The translations under genes were made by a program, and so were the position numbers. Under the pieces are notes generated by a model that searched no databases, was not told the DNA's origin, and saw only the letters and a list, made by a program, of their open reading frames with translations. From contig JBAZEI010000003.1 of NCBI GenBank assembly GCA_041654015.1, forward strand, positions 1 through 35,780: a DNA stretch of 35,780 nucleotides, given 5' to 3'. This stretch comes from Minisyncoccota bacterium. GTDB taxonomy: Bacteria; Patescibacteriota; Minisyncoccia; UBA6257. Positions 9,051-18,412 of the stretch are shown here, piece by piece. Within the stretch, counting starts at the first letter, position 1. The number at the start of each line of letters is the position of its first letter.

Positions 9051-10619
9051 TTAATAATATTGATCCCAGGAAAAATCAATTTTATACTGCAAAGCTTCAG
9101 CCACTTCATTGAACCCGATAATTTCTTTATTATCTAAATCAGCTATTGTTCGGCTGATTTTTAAAATTCGATGGTAGGCTCTGGGCGATAAAGAATATTT
9201 GCCGACAGCTTGTTTCAGTAAATCTTTTGCCTCTTTATCTGTTGAACAAAATTGTTCTATATCGCCTATTTCCATTTCGCCATTACTGAAAATCGGAATA
9301 GAAGCTTTTCCTTTAGAGTTTCGTTCGCTGAATCTTTGCCTTTGTATTTTTTGGGCAAAAGCCACTTTGTCTCGGATTGAGTCGGATTTTTCAAGAGATT
9401 GTTGGTTATTTAATTCCTGAAATGATAAACGAGGCACTTCTATGATAATATCGATTCTATCTAAGAGAGGTCCAGAAATTTTTTTACGATAACGAATAAT
9501 TTCACCGGGGCTACAAGGGCATTCTTTTTTAGGGTCTCCAAAATAACCGCAAGGGCAAGGATTCATAGCGCCGATAAAAATAAATTTTGCAGGATAAATT
9601 ACTTTTCCGTGAACTCGGGAAACAGAAATTACCCCTTCTTCTAATGGTTGGCGCAGGGCTTCTAAAACATCTCTTTTAAACTCGGGCAATTCGTCAAGAA
9701 AAAGAACTCCTCGGTGAGCCAAAGTAATTTCTCCGGGTGTCGGCCAAGTGCCGCCTCCAATCAAAGCGGCGGTAGAGGCAGTGTGATGTGGCGCTTGAAA
9801 AGGATGCTGGAAAATTAATGGTTGGGAAGTGGGTAATAAGCCGCAAATACTATGAATCTTGGTTACCTCAAGGCATTCCTCCTCGCTCATTTTTGGAAGA
9901 ATTGATATTATTGCTTTGGCTAAAATTGTTTTTCCTGAGCCTGGCGGTCCTATCATTAAAACATTGTGGCAACCGCTGGCAGCAATTGTTAAAGCCCTTT
10001 TTGCTTTTTGTTGCCCCTTGATTTTAGAAAAATCAAGATAATTAGAAATAGGAGTGCTTAAAAGATGGTTAGATTTTTGATATGGCGGAATATTGATTTT
10101 ATTTTCTAAAAAAAGAATTAATTCTTTTAAATTTTTAACTCCGATAATTTTCAGATTTTTTGCGGCTACTGCCGCTTCAGCGGCATTTTCTATCGGTACA
10201 AAAAGATATTCATAACCCTTTTGTTCGGCCCACATAGCGATAGCTAAAATTCCTCGCACAGGTTTTACTAATCCTTCTAAAGTGAGTTCTCCAATAAAAA
10301 TTTTTTTCTCCGGATTAAAAGCAAACATTTGTTTTGAAGCTAAAAGATATCCTAAAGCGATAGATAGATCGTAATGAGAGCCATATTTTTTTATGTCAGT
10401 GGGCGCTAAATTAATCGTAATTTTACGGTTAGCCCTTAAGGGCGATTTGGCGCCGGTATTTTTAATAGCCGCCGAAACTCTTTGTTTTGCTTCTTTAATA
10501 GATGGATCAGGCAAGCCAACAATGTTGAATGAATGAAGTCCATTAGAGACATCGGTTTCTATTTCTATCAGGATTACTTCTAAGCCAAAAATGGCGGCAG
10601 AATATATTTTTGATAGCAT
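9051..10619 (-). CDS. comM: YifB/ComM-family Mg-chelatase-like AAA+ ATPase
   Basis: MLSKIYSAAIFGLEVILIEIETDVS is a typical ComM start. Walker A is MIGPPGSGKT and Walker B is VLFLDELPEF, with a ChlI-like C-terminal part. I prefer the ATG at 10617-10619 over the upstream TTG at 10646 used by the ORF track. Confidence 0.88.
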   Translation of the reverse strand: MLSKIYSAAIFGLEVILIEIETDVSNGLHSFNIVGLPDPSIKEAKQRVSAAIKNTGAKSPLRANRKITINLAPTDIKKYGSHYDLSIALGYLLASKQMFAFNPEKKIFIGELTLEGLVKPVRGILAIAMWAEQKGYEYLFVPIENAAEAAVAAKNLKIIGVKNLKELILFLENKINIPPYQKSNHLLSTPISNYLDFSKIKGQQKAKRALTIAASGCHNVLMIGPPGSGKTILAKAIISILPKMSEEECLEVTKIHSICGLLPTSQPLIFQHPFQAPHHTASTAALIGGGTWPTPGEITLAHRGVLFLDELPEFKRDVLEALRQPLEEGVISVSRVHGKVIYPAKFIFIGAMNPCPCGYFGDPKKECPCSPGEIIRYRKKISGPLLDRIDIIIEVPRLSFQELNNQQSLEKSDSIRDKVAFAQKIQRQRFSERNSKGKASIPIFSNGEMEIGDIEQFCSTDKEAKDLLKQAVGKYSLSPRAYHRILKISRTIADLDNKEIIGFNEVAEALQYKIDFSWDQYY

Positions 10620-10702
10620 ATTTTTATCTTTTTTAATGAGAAACAAAAAAGCGATGGTAAAAAATTTCCACCGCTTTTTAAATATTTGAAAGTTTTTTGC
10701 GT

Positions 10703-11071
10703 TTAAGTTTTATTAGCGCACAAAAGACAAGTTTTAGCCGCTGGATTAGCTTTAAGGCGGCCTAATTCAATGGCTTTGTTGCAAATTTCGCAATAACCAT
10801 AACTATTATTTTGTATCTTTTTTAAAGATTCATTGACTTCTTTAAGGCGCAATTCTAAGGCATATTCAATCGCTAAGAGGTTTTCATAAGTTTCTACTTC
10901 TTTTGCGCTTTCGTCAGGGGCAGAAGAGCGTCCTCCCATGTTTGGAAACCGGGTATCATAATCATCAGGTAGTTTCTTATCCTTATCCGCAAATTTTAAT
11001 AAGTCCTCTTTTAAGAGGGCTTTTTCCTGTTCCAATCTCTTTTTTAGTTCGGTAACTATCTTTTTGTCCAT
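10703..11071 (-). CDS. DksA/TraR-family C4-type zinc-finger protein
   Basis: Coiled-coil N-terminal part plus CEICNKAIELGRLKANPAAKTCLLC (CxxC-x17-CxxC). Confidence 0.8.
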   Translation of the reverse strand: MDKKIVTELKKRLEQEKALLKEDLLKFADKDKKLPDDYDTRFPNMGGRSSAPDESAKEVETYENLLAIEYALELRLKEVNESLKKIQNNSYGYCEICNKAIELGRLKANPAAKTCLLCANKT

Positions 11072-11115
11072 AAGTTTATCATAAACATTCTATCATAAAG
11101 CCATGATTTTGAAAA

Positions 11116-11239
11116 GTCAACCCCGTTAGAGATTCAACCAAACTTCTCAATAATATAAAGGTTATAAGGCGAAGCCGCCTCTCGGCTATGGTCATTAAAA
11201 TGGATAAACTAACTTAAATCTCTAACGGGGTCAATTGAC
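11116..11239. mobile_element. MITE-like element or structured RNA with 15-bp perfect terminal inverted repeats
   Basis: GTCAACCCCGTTAGAGATT (11116-11134) pairs with AATCTCTAACGGGGTCAATTGAC (11217-11239). ACCCCGTTAGAGATT and AATCTCTAACGGGGT are perfectly complementary. It starts with the same GTCAACCCC 9-mer (reverse complement of GGGGTTGAC) seen at 7672-7790. Confidence 0.45.
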
Positions 11240-11303
11240 GATAACAAAAAAAATTGCTACGATTAAGATGCGCTTTGGGGTTTAATTGCGGAAGGTTTAA
11301 TTT

Positions 11304-11582
11304 ATGAGGAAAGATAAAGACTTAGCGATAGAACTAAGAAAAAAGGGGAAAAGTTATAATCAAATAAGTAAAGAAATAGAAATATCAAAAGGAACTTTAT
11401 CTTATTGGTTTTCTAATACTAAATGGTCAAAAGCTATTTTATAAACCTCAATTTATAAAAGGTAAACACCCAACAAAGAGATTAATTAATGGAATTTGTA
11501 TGATAGTATGTAGTAGCAGGCAGATGAAGGAAAAAATATTAATTTGGATTGATTTATTAAGTAAAACCCTTATAAAATTTTA
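11304..11582 (+). pseudogene. Degenerate remnant of an HTH/homing-nuclease-like gene next to tRNA-Gly
   Basis: 46-aa ORF MRKDKDLAIELRKKGKSYNQISKEIEISKGTLSYWFSNTKWSKAIL* (11304-11444). In another frame follows ...GKHPTKRLINGICMIVCSSRQMKEKILIWIDLLSKTLIKF* ending at 11582, 5 nt before the tRNA. The HTH is similar in style to the one in the 21588-22673 ORF. Confidence 0.35.
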
Positions 11583-11587
11583 ACACC

Positions 11588-11658
11588 GCGGGGTTAGTAT
11601 AGTGGTAATATACGACATTGCCAATGTCGAGACGCGAGTTCGATTCTCGTACCCCGCT
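11588..11658 (+). tRNA. tRNA-Gly (anticodon GCC)
   Basis: Manual fold: GCGGGGT-TA-D arm-CGACA/TTGCCAA/TGTCG-variable-GCGAG/TTCGATT/CTCGT-ACCCCGC-T. Discriminator U73. CCA not encoded. Confidence 0.9.
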
Positions 11659-11686
11659 CTAATTAGATATTAATAAAAAAACCTTG

Positions 11687-11953
11687 CTAATTAGCAGGTT
11701 GTTTTTTAATTTCTTCTATTATTTTTTTTGTTTCCCTTACCATAATATCTTCTAAATCTCCAACATATTCTTTCAGAAAATTTTTCTTTTTCTTGTCATC
11801 ATTAGTATTAAAAATAACAGCCATCATTGATTTTTGGGTATCATCCAACCTTTGGTAAGCTTCCATTAACGAACGTTCTAAAATAGTATCGTATAGTTTT
11901 TCAACAGTTTCTCTGACCTCTAAAGGAAAATTATTTAAAAAATTTTCTTGCAT
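11687..11953 (-). CDS. Hypothetical small protein
   Basis: 88-aa ORF, helical and charged, with no recognised motif. Its stop codon lies inside a hairpin (about 11680-11706) shared with the tRNA-Gly 3' flank. Confidence 0.5.
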   Translation of the reverse strand: MQENFLNNFPLEVRETVEKLYDTILERSLMEAYQRLDDTQKSMMAVIFNTNDDKKKKNFLKEYVGDLEDIMVRETKKIIEEIKKQPAN

Positions 11954-12053
11954 TTAAATATTTTTATTTATTTTTTTGAATCCGTTTTTATAGAACAGAC
12001 AATTAATAAATTGCCGACCTTTTAACTTTTAATTAGATGTATTAGATTAATTG

Positions 12054-13667
12054 TTATTTTTTCTTACTGCCAGAGCTGCCAGAAGATTTCTCAACAAGAA
12101 GGTCAACCCCCTTTAATTCTGCGAGCATAAATAGAACCAAAAATAATAAAATCGCGGACCCACCGACCCCGAGGATTGTTTTTAATTTGGATTCCTCTTT
12201 GCTTTCTTTGCCTTTTGCTTCTTTTTTATTTTCCGGTTTGCTGGCTTCTTCCTTAATATAATTTTTTGCTTTCTCAATAGCACTCTTAACCTCAGGTTTG
12301 TTTTTGCTTACGCTCTCTATTTTTTTTATCAAATCTTCGTATTTTTCGGGATTGTTTTTTATTTCTTCAGAAAATGTTTTTATTAAGCCAGAGGTATCTT
12401 CTATTCCAAGAGCCGCCGCTAATTTTTCTGAGGCTTCTTCTAATAATTGTTCTGTGCTAGGTTTTGTTTCCCCTTCTTGGTCTCGAACTAATTTTTCTAA
12501 TTGTTGCTTTTGGTTTTCAATAGATTTTTGTTCTATGCTTTTTATTTGTTTTATTATTTCCGTTTGAGTATCTAAATTTGTAATATTAGCGATTAGAGGT
12601 TGAATTTCTGAATAAGGAATATTTTGGCAGGCTAAAATTTCTGCCACTTTTTTGCGAGTTGCATTTTTGTTTCCATATATATTATCTTCTTGTTTTGCAA
12701 TAATATCTTGGATTAAGTTTAGTTTCCCCTCACTTTTAAGGCCAATTTGTGAATAATTTGAAGCTATATCTACAGCTATATTTTCAATGGCCCTTGTTTT
12801 CTTCCGTAATATATTATAAAAAGTTCCTTTTATTTCTGGGCTAATTCTATCAATTTCTGAAAGGATGTTTTGAATACATTGGTAATTATCTTTATGCCCA
12901 AAATTTTCCCAGCCTTCAATTAATTCAAAAAGAGAGTTTGCTTTTTCCCGTTTTTGCCATTTTGTACCCTCAGGCATGCTTTTAATCTTTTCGAACTCTT
13001 GATAATTATTTTTTATAATAAGTTTTTCTTGCTTTCTGATTTCTTTTTCTGCTTCGCTCATTTTCTTTATCCCTTTTTTCTTTTCTGCTCTTTTCCCCCC
13101 TTTTATTTTTTCTTTTTCTGCTTTTTCTTCCGCCTCTTTTGCTTTTTTTTTGCTTTCAGTTTCTGGTTCTGGTTCTGGTTTTGATCCTGATTCTGGTTCT
13201 ATCTTTGACCCTGGTTCTATCTTTGACCCTGGTTCTATCTTTGACCCTGGTTCTATCTTTGACCCTGGTTCTATCTTTGACCCTGGTTCTATCTTTGACC
13301 CTGGCTCTGGCCCTGGCTCTGGCCCTGGCTTTGGCCCTGGCTCTGGTTCGGCCTCGGATTCTAATTCTTCTTTACTTTCATCTTTTTCTATTCTTTCTTT
13401 TGCCAAATTTGATAATTCCTGACGACTTTTTTTATCATCAGGGCTGATATATTCCCGATTTATTAGTTCTTCATACTCTTTATCTGATTGTCGTCTTCTC
13501 TTATTTATATCTTTTACCTCAGCTGACAATTTTTGATGCTCTTGTTCAATTTGAACTTTTCTTTCCTTGTCATCAGGAGTTAGATACTCTTTCTTTTCCA
13601 ATTCCTCGTACTGCTTTTCCAGCTCTTCTCTTCTTTTGTCAATATTTGGTATTTGTTCAATCCCCAT
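12054..13667 (-). CDS. Hypothetical coiled-coil, repeat-containing, C-terminally membrane-anchored protein
   Basis: 537 aa and strongly K/E-rich. It has duplicated YEEL..EY(L/I)(T/S)PDDK segments, a PEPGP/GSKIEP tandem-repeat core, and a single hydrophobic helix (GVGGSAILLFLVLFMLA) about 25 aa from the C-terminus. Confidence 0.65.
   Translation of the reverse strand: MGIEQIPNIDKRREELEKQYEELEKKEYLTPDDKERKVQIEQEHQKLSAEVKDINKRRRQSDKEYEELINREYISPDDKKSRQELSNLAKERIEKDESKEELESEAEPEPGPKPGPEPGPEPGSKIEPGSKIEPGSKIEPGSKIEPGSKIEPGSKIEPESGSKPEPEPETESKKKAKEAEEKAEKEKIKGGKRAEKKKGIKKMSEAEKEIRKQEKLIIKNNYQEFEKIKSMPEGTKWQKREKANSLFELIEGWENFGHKDNYQCIQNILSEIDRISPEIKGTFYNILRKKTRAIENIAVDIASNYSQIGLKSEGKLNLIQDIIAKQEDNIYGNKNATRKKVAEILACQNIPYSEIQPLIANITNLDTQTEIIKQIKSIEQKSIENQKQQLEKLVRDQEGETKPSTEQLLEEASEKLAAALGIEDTSGLIKTFSEEIKNNPEKYEDLIKKIESVSKNKPEVKSAIEKAKNYIKEEASKPENKKEAKGKESKEESKLKTILGVGGSAILLFLVLFMLAELKGVDLLVEKSSGSSGSKKK
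13195..13302. repeat. Six perfect tandem copies of an 18-bp unit (GGTTCTATCTTTGACCCT), encoding GSKIEP x6 on the minus strand
   Basis: Direct reading. It is followed by 12-bp GGCTCTGGCCCT-type repeats up to about 13345. Confidence 0.95.
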
Positions 13668-13678
13668 ATTAATGTTTA

Positions 13679-14287
13679 TTATTTTTTAGTTTTGATAATT
13701 TCATCTATGATGCCGTATTTTTTTGCTTCCTCAGGCGTTAGCCAAAAATCTCTATCGGTTTCTTTAGCTATTTTAGTAATTGGTTGGCCAGTATGTTTAG
13801 CCAAGAGCTGGTTTAATTGTTTTTTAACCCGGAGAATCTGCTTAGCGGCAATTTCTATCTCTGTGGCTTGGCCGCCTGCTTCTCCCATAACTTGATGAAG
13901 AAGAATTTCCGCGTTGGGCAAAGCAAATCGTTTGCCTTTTGTTCCCGCGGCTAAAAGAACCGCGGCCCCAGAAGCAGCCATTCCCAAACAAAGCGAAGAG
14001 ACGTCGCATTTGACATATTGCATTGTGTCATAAATGGCTAAAGTTGAAGTAACCGAACCGCCGGGCGAATTAATGTATAAAAGGATATCCTTTTTGCTGT
14101 CCTGATGCTCTAAAAATAAAAATTGGGCAATAATAGTATTTGCCAAAGCATCATCAATAGGCCCTCCTAAAAAAATAATTCTTTCTTTTAAAAGGCGGGA
14201 ATAAATGTCATAAACCCTCTCGCCGATATTGGTTTTTTCAATCACGGTCGGGATAAGAACCATATTGTTTGAATCTTGGTTTCTCAT
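13679..14287 (-). CDS. clpP: ATP-dependent Clp protease proteolytic subunit
   Basis: [37 protein letters not shown]...[21 protein letters not shown]...[16 protein letters not shown]...ILLHQ, covering the Ser-His regions of ClpP. Confidence 0.93.
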   Translation of the reverse strand: MRNQDSNNMVLIPTVIEKTNIGERVYDIYSRLLKERIIFLGGPIDDALANTIIAQFLFLEHQDSKKDILLYINSPGGSVTSTLAIYDTMQYVKCDVSSLCLGMAASGAAVLLAAGTKGKRFALPNAEILLHQVMGEAGGQATEIEIAAKQILRVKKQLNQLLAKHTGQPITKIAKETDRDFWLTPEEAKKYGIIDEIIKTKK

Positions 14288-14393
14288 GTCTCAGATTTTA
14301 ATTATCTGTATTTTTATTATATCAAGTTTTTAAATAATTGTAAAATGGTAAGGCTGGTAAAATTAAAATAAAATTGGTATATTAAAATTCAAT

Positions 14394-15092
14394 ATGGAAG
14401 AAAAAAAAGAGAGCCAAGAATTATCCATTGTTATTCCTGCTTTTCAAAAAGGCGGGTTGATTCAAAATACCATTAAATTTTTGAAAGATTATTTTCCTCA
14501 GGCAGAAATTATTGTTGTTAACGATGGTAGTTTTGATAATACTAAAGAAATCCGAGATATTTTTAAGAGCCAGATTGTTTATTTAGAAAATGAAATTAAT
14601 CGGGGCAAAGGATATAGCCTGCGCAAAGGATTTGCCCGCGCCCAAGGCGAATATATTATTTTTACTGATGCAGACTTGCCTTTTAGTGTTAAAGACATAG
14701 AAAAAATTTATCAAAACTTAAAACAAGGCAGTTTGATTACTGTCGCTCGCCGGGAAAAATTTTATAACGACAAATTTTATAAAAAATTACTGAGGCCGTT
14801 TCTTTATTTAATGCTCAGGATGTTTTTTGGCTTTAATTACTCTGATACCCAATGCGGTCTCAAGGGTTTTGCCAAAGACCCCGGTAAAAAAATTTTAACG
14901 GCCACAATAATTGACGGCTTTGCTATTGATATAGAAATTCTTTATTTAGCGAAAAAATTGGGTTATCCTGTGGATGAAATTCTAGTTCAGCAAGAATTTT
15001 TTTCTCCCTCGCTGTCCGGCTTTAATTTAAAGCATATTTTTAAAATGGTATGGGACATTTTTGTTATAAGATTTCATCATTATGAATTATGA
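14394..15092 (+). CDS. Family 2 glycosyltransferase (polyprenyl/dolichyl-phosphate hexosyltransferase-like)
   Basis: LSIVIPAF...VVNDGSFDNT...IIFTDADLPF (DxD)...QCGLKGF, the GT2 motif order. Confidence 0.8.
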   Translation: MEEKKESQELSIVIPAFQKGGLIQNTIKFLKDYFPQAEIIVVNDGSFDNTKEIRDIFKSQIVYLENEINRGKGYSLRKGFARAQGEYIIFTDADLPFSVKDIEKIYQNLKQGSLITVARREKFYNDKFYKKLLRPFLYLMLRMFFGFNYSDTQCGLKGFAKDPGKKILTATIIDGFAIDIEILYLAKKLGYPVDEILVQQEFFSPSLSGFNLKHIFKMVWDIFVIRFHHYEL

Positions 15093-17146
15093 AATATCTT
15101 AAATGGCAGAAAATATTTGTTATTTTGATATTTATTTTTATTTATGGCTTTTTAATCTCTCAAATTCCCTGGGATTTGATTTTTTTGGATACAATGGTTG
15201 GCGGCGGAGATACGGGATCTCATAATTATATCGCCTATTATTCCCAAGAAATTTTTCCAAAAATGAAATGGTGGTCGCCTGACTGGTATGCTGGCTTCCC
15301 GTTTTTGTATTTTTACCCTCCGCTTCTTTATTATCTGACAACTCTTTTTAGTTTTGTTATCCCTTTGAATGTTGCTTTTAAATTAATTACTCTGGTTGGA
15401 ACTTTTTTGCTCCCAATAGCAATTTTTTTATGTTTGTTATTTCTCGGTTTTAAGTTTCCCATTCCTTCGCTAGGCGCTCTTTTCAGCCTGGTTTATTTAT
15501 TTTTAGAAAAATTTTCCATCTATGGAGGCAATATTCCCAGCACTTTATCCGGTGAGTTTTCCTATTCTTGCGCCTTCGCTCTTTTTTTTATTTTCATTGG
15601 ATTGCTTGTAAAAGGCATCCAAGAAAATAAACATTTGCTTATTAATATATTGATTTTATCTTTAATGGTATTAATCCATCCATTTTGCGTAATTGTCTCG
15701 GTTTTATTTAGTTGTTTTATTTTTATAGAGGGAGTGGTAAAAAGAGAAACTAAAAGGATTTTCTTATATTTAGCCAAGGTTTTTGGATTAGCTTTTGGTC
15801 TGACCGCTTTTTGGTCTCTGCCTTTTTTGGCCCTCCTCCCTTATACGTCAAAAATGAGCTGGACAAGAGTTCTTAATTTTGAAGAAATTTTTCCTTCTTC
15901 TTTAATTATTTTTCAGGCATTTGCTCTTGTTGGGATAATTTACGCTCTGTTTAAAAAAGATAAAAGAGTTCTTCCTCTCGTTTATATTGTCTGCGCTTCT
16001 TTAATGCCATTTTTATTTTTGAATCACTCTAGTGTTTGGAATGCCAGATTCTTGCCATTTATTATCATTGGTTATCTCTTGATTGCGGCTTATGGCTTAG
16101 GCTCGCTATTAAACTCAATGTCCATGGTTTTTAAAAGATCATGGCGGGTTTGGTTTATGATATTGTCTCTTGCCTCTATCACTATTGCGTCAATTTGTTT
16201 TTATTTACCAAGAAATATTTCCTATATTCCATTTTGGATGAAATGGAATTATGAAGGATTGGAAAGTAAAGATGCGTGGCCTGAGTTAAAAGCGCTGGCT
16301 GATTATTTAAAAGAATTGCCTTATGGCAGGGTGATGTGGGAATATCGTGCTGAATATGATAAATTTGGCACTCCCCGAGTTTTGGAAAATTTGCCAATTT
16401 GGACGGGGAAGCCGACTTTTGAAGGGTTATTAATAGAATCTTCTCTTTCCGGCTATTTTCATTTTATTAATCAGGCGGAGACAACAGAAACACCAACAAC
16501 TGCCATTGCTGGTTTAAAATATCCGCCCTTTGATTTTGAAAAAGGAGTCAAGCATTTAGAGTATTTTGGAGCCCAATATTTTTTGGCCTCCACAGCCAAT
16601 ATTAAAAAATTAGCCGATGAACATCTGGTCAAATTAGATGATGTTGGCGAGTTTAGCGTCTATGAAGTGCCTCATTCAAGTTTGGTGGAGGTTTTGGAAG
16701 ATTTTACTTTGGAATTAAAAACCGATCAGTGGTTAGAAAAATCCATTGATTGGTATGAGCAAACAGATTTATCAAAACCAACGATTTTTTATCAAAATAA
16801 AAAAGAGCTTGAAGATATTGAAAATAATTTAAAAATTTCTGAAAAAGATTTAGCTAAAGAAGAGGCAATAATTGAAATAAAAGAAATTAAAAATGATTAT
16901 TTATCTTTTTCTACCAATCAACTGTATAGGCCTCATTTGATAAAATACACTTATTTTCCCGGTTGGCGAGTAAAAGGAGCAGATGGGCCTTATTTGATTA
17001 GCCCTTCTTTTATGATGGTGATTCCTTTTCAAAACGAAGTAACTTTAGAATATTCGTATAATTATTGGGATAAAATAGGTTTTGGAATGTCTATTTTAAG
17101 TTTGATGGCTTTAGTTTTACTCGCCCGAGGCATTTTGCCCCTCTAA
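15089..17146 (+). CDS. Large polytopic membrane protein, probable GT-C-type glycosyltransferase
   Basis: 685 aa with more than 10 hydrophobic helices followed by a ~250-aa soluble C-terminal domain. The WWSPDWYAGFPFLYFYPPL-type first loop resembles the membrane proteins often annotated as 6-pyruvoyl-tetrahydropterin-synthase-related (from memory). The start overlaps the GT2 stop (ATGA at 15089-15092). Confidence 0.6.
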   Translation: MKYLKWQKIFVILIFIFIYGFLISQIPWDLIFLDTMVGGGDTGSHNYIAYYSQEIFPKMKWWSPDWYAGFPFLYFYPPLLYYLTTLFSFVIPLNVAFKLITLVGTFLLPIAIFLCLLFLGFKFPIPSLGALFSLVYLFLEKFSIYGGNIPSTLSGEFSYSCAFALFFIFIGLLVKGIQENKHLLINILILSLMVLIHPFCVIVSVLFSCFIFIEGVVKRETKRIFLYLAKVFGLAFGLTAFWSLPFLALLPYTSKMSWTRVLNFEEIFPSSLIIFQAFALVGIIYALFKKDKRVLPLVYIVCASLMPFLFLNHSSVWNARFLPFIIIGYLLIAAYGLGSLLNSMSMVFKRSWRVWFMILSLASITIASICFYLPRNISYIPFWMKWNYEGLESKDAWPELKALADYLKELPYGRVMWEYRAEYDKFGTPRVLENLPIWTGKPTFEGLLIESSLSGYFHFINQAETTETPTTAIAGLKYPPFDFEKGVKHLEYFGAQYFLASTANIKKLADEHLVKLDDVGEFSVYEVPHSSLVEVLEDFTLELKTDQWLEKSIDWYEQTDLSKPTIFYQNKKELEDIENNLKISEKDLAKEEAIIEIKEIKNDYLSFSTNQLYRPHLIKYTYFPGWRVKGADGPYLISPSFMMVIPFQNEVTLEYSYNYWDKIGFGMSILSLMALVLLARGILPL

Positions 17147-18412
17147 TAGCTGGAAGATTTTTTCGTTGCGGATAATTCCTGAAGCAAATTCTTTTAAGTC
17201 ATCAGGATTAATTTTTTGTTTTAGTTCGTCTTCAGGAATTTGCTTTAATATTTTATTGATTTTGTTTTGGATTTCTTGTTCTGAAATTTTAATTTTTTCC
17301 GAAAGAGCGATCTCTCTTAAAATTAAGGACGAGACAACTCTTTTTTGGGCTAATTCCTGAAATTCTTTTTTTAAATTTTCCTCGTCTTTTTTGATTTGTT
17401 CAAGATATTTTTCATAGGGCAGCTGGATTCTTTCTAACTGGTTTTTTAACTCTTCAATCATTATGTCTATTTCGTTTTGGATGAGTATTTCCGGAATTTC
17501 AATATTTGTTTTTTCAGCTATTTTTTCTAATACTTCTAATCGCCACCTTTCACTCTCTCTTTGTTGTTTTTCCAAAAGGAGGCCTTCTTTAATATTTTTT
17601 TTGAGTTCTTCTAAATTTTTAAATTTGCCGATATTTTGGGCAAATTCGTCATTTAAAACAGGCAACTCTTTAGTTTTAATTTCTTTGAGTCGGACAGCAA
17701 TATCTAATTTCTTATTTTGAAGATCTTTTTGGAGCCAATCTGAAGGAACTGTTATCTTAAATTCTTTTTTTTCTCCCGATTTTAGGCCAATTAAGTTATC
17801 TTCAAAACCGGGGATAAAATTTCCTTTTCCCAATACAAAAGAATAATCTTTGTCTTCTCCGTTGTTAATTATTTTATCGCTTTCTTTTATTTGGTAATCA
17901 ATGGTAATAACATCATCGATTTTCGCCGGCCGATTTATTGATTTTAAATTAGCTCGAGAATTTTGAAGCCAAACTAGAGCTTCTTCAATCTCTTGTTCTT
18001 TGACCTGTAATTCTTTGTCTTTTTTTGGCGTTTTTTGAGCAATTTCTTTATAGTCAGGCAATTCAAAAACCGGAATAACTGCTACTTCGGCTTTAAATTC
18101 TACTTCTTGATTAGGTACGATTTTAGTAATATTAATGCTCGGATATCCTATCGCCTGAATCTTTTTTTCTTGGATAATTTCTGGGTATATTTTCTCAATT
18201 GCTAAACTTGCCATTTTTTCATACACCCTAAAGGGGTCAAGATGGTTTTCGGCAATTAGAAGAGGGGCTGTTCCCGGACGATAACCGTTAATTTGTAAAT
18301 TTTTATTCAGTTCTTTTAAGGCTCTTTCTTTAAAAGGCAAGAGGTCTTTTTGGCTAAGAGACACAATGATCTCTTGTTTTGATTTTGACAATGAGTTAAT
18401 TTGAATTTTCAT
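17117..18412 (-). CDS. tig: Trigger factor
   Basis: N-terminal ribosome-binding region (...NGYRPGTAPLLIAENHL), a central FKBP-like region (GKGNFIPGFEDNLIGLKSGEKKEF) and a helical C-terminal domain. Confidence 0.88.
   Translation of the reverse strand: MKIQINSLSKSKQEIIVSLSQKDLLPFKERALKELNKNLQINGYRPGTAPLLIAENHLDPFRVYEKMASLAIEKIYPEIIQEKKIQAIGYPSINITKIVPNQEVEFKAEVAVIPVFELPDYKEIAQKTPKKDKELQVKEQEIEEALVWLQNSRANLKSINRPAKIDDVITIDYQIKESDKIINNGEDKDYSFVLGKGNFIPGFEDNLIGLKSGEKKEFKITVPSDWLQKDLQNKKLDIAVRLKEIKTKELPVLNDEFAQNIGKFKNLEELKKNIKEGLLLEKQQRESERWRLEVLEKIAEKTNIEIPEILIQNEIDIMIEELKNQLERIQLPYEKYLEQIKKDEENLKKEFQELAQKRVVSSLILREIALSEKIKISEQEIQNKINKILKQIPEDELKQKINPDDLKEFASGIIRNEKIFQLLEGQNASGE

Noticed and set aside
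13139-13447. Plus-strand ORFs of 90-102 aa (LVLSLTLVLS... and GSIFDPGSIFDP...)
   Set aside because: They are antisense or alternate-frame readings of the 18-bp tandem repeat inside the 537-aa minus-strand gene.
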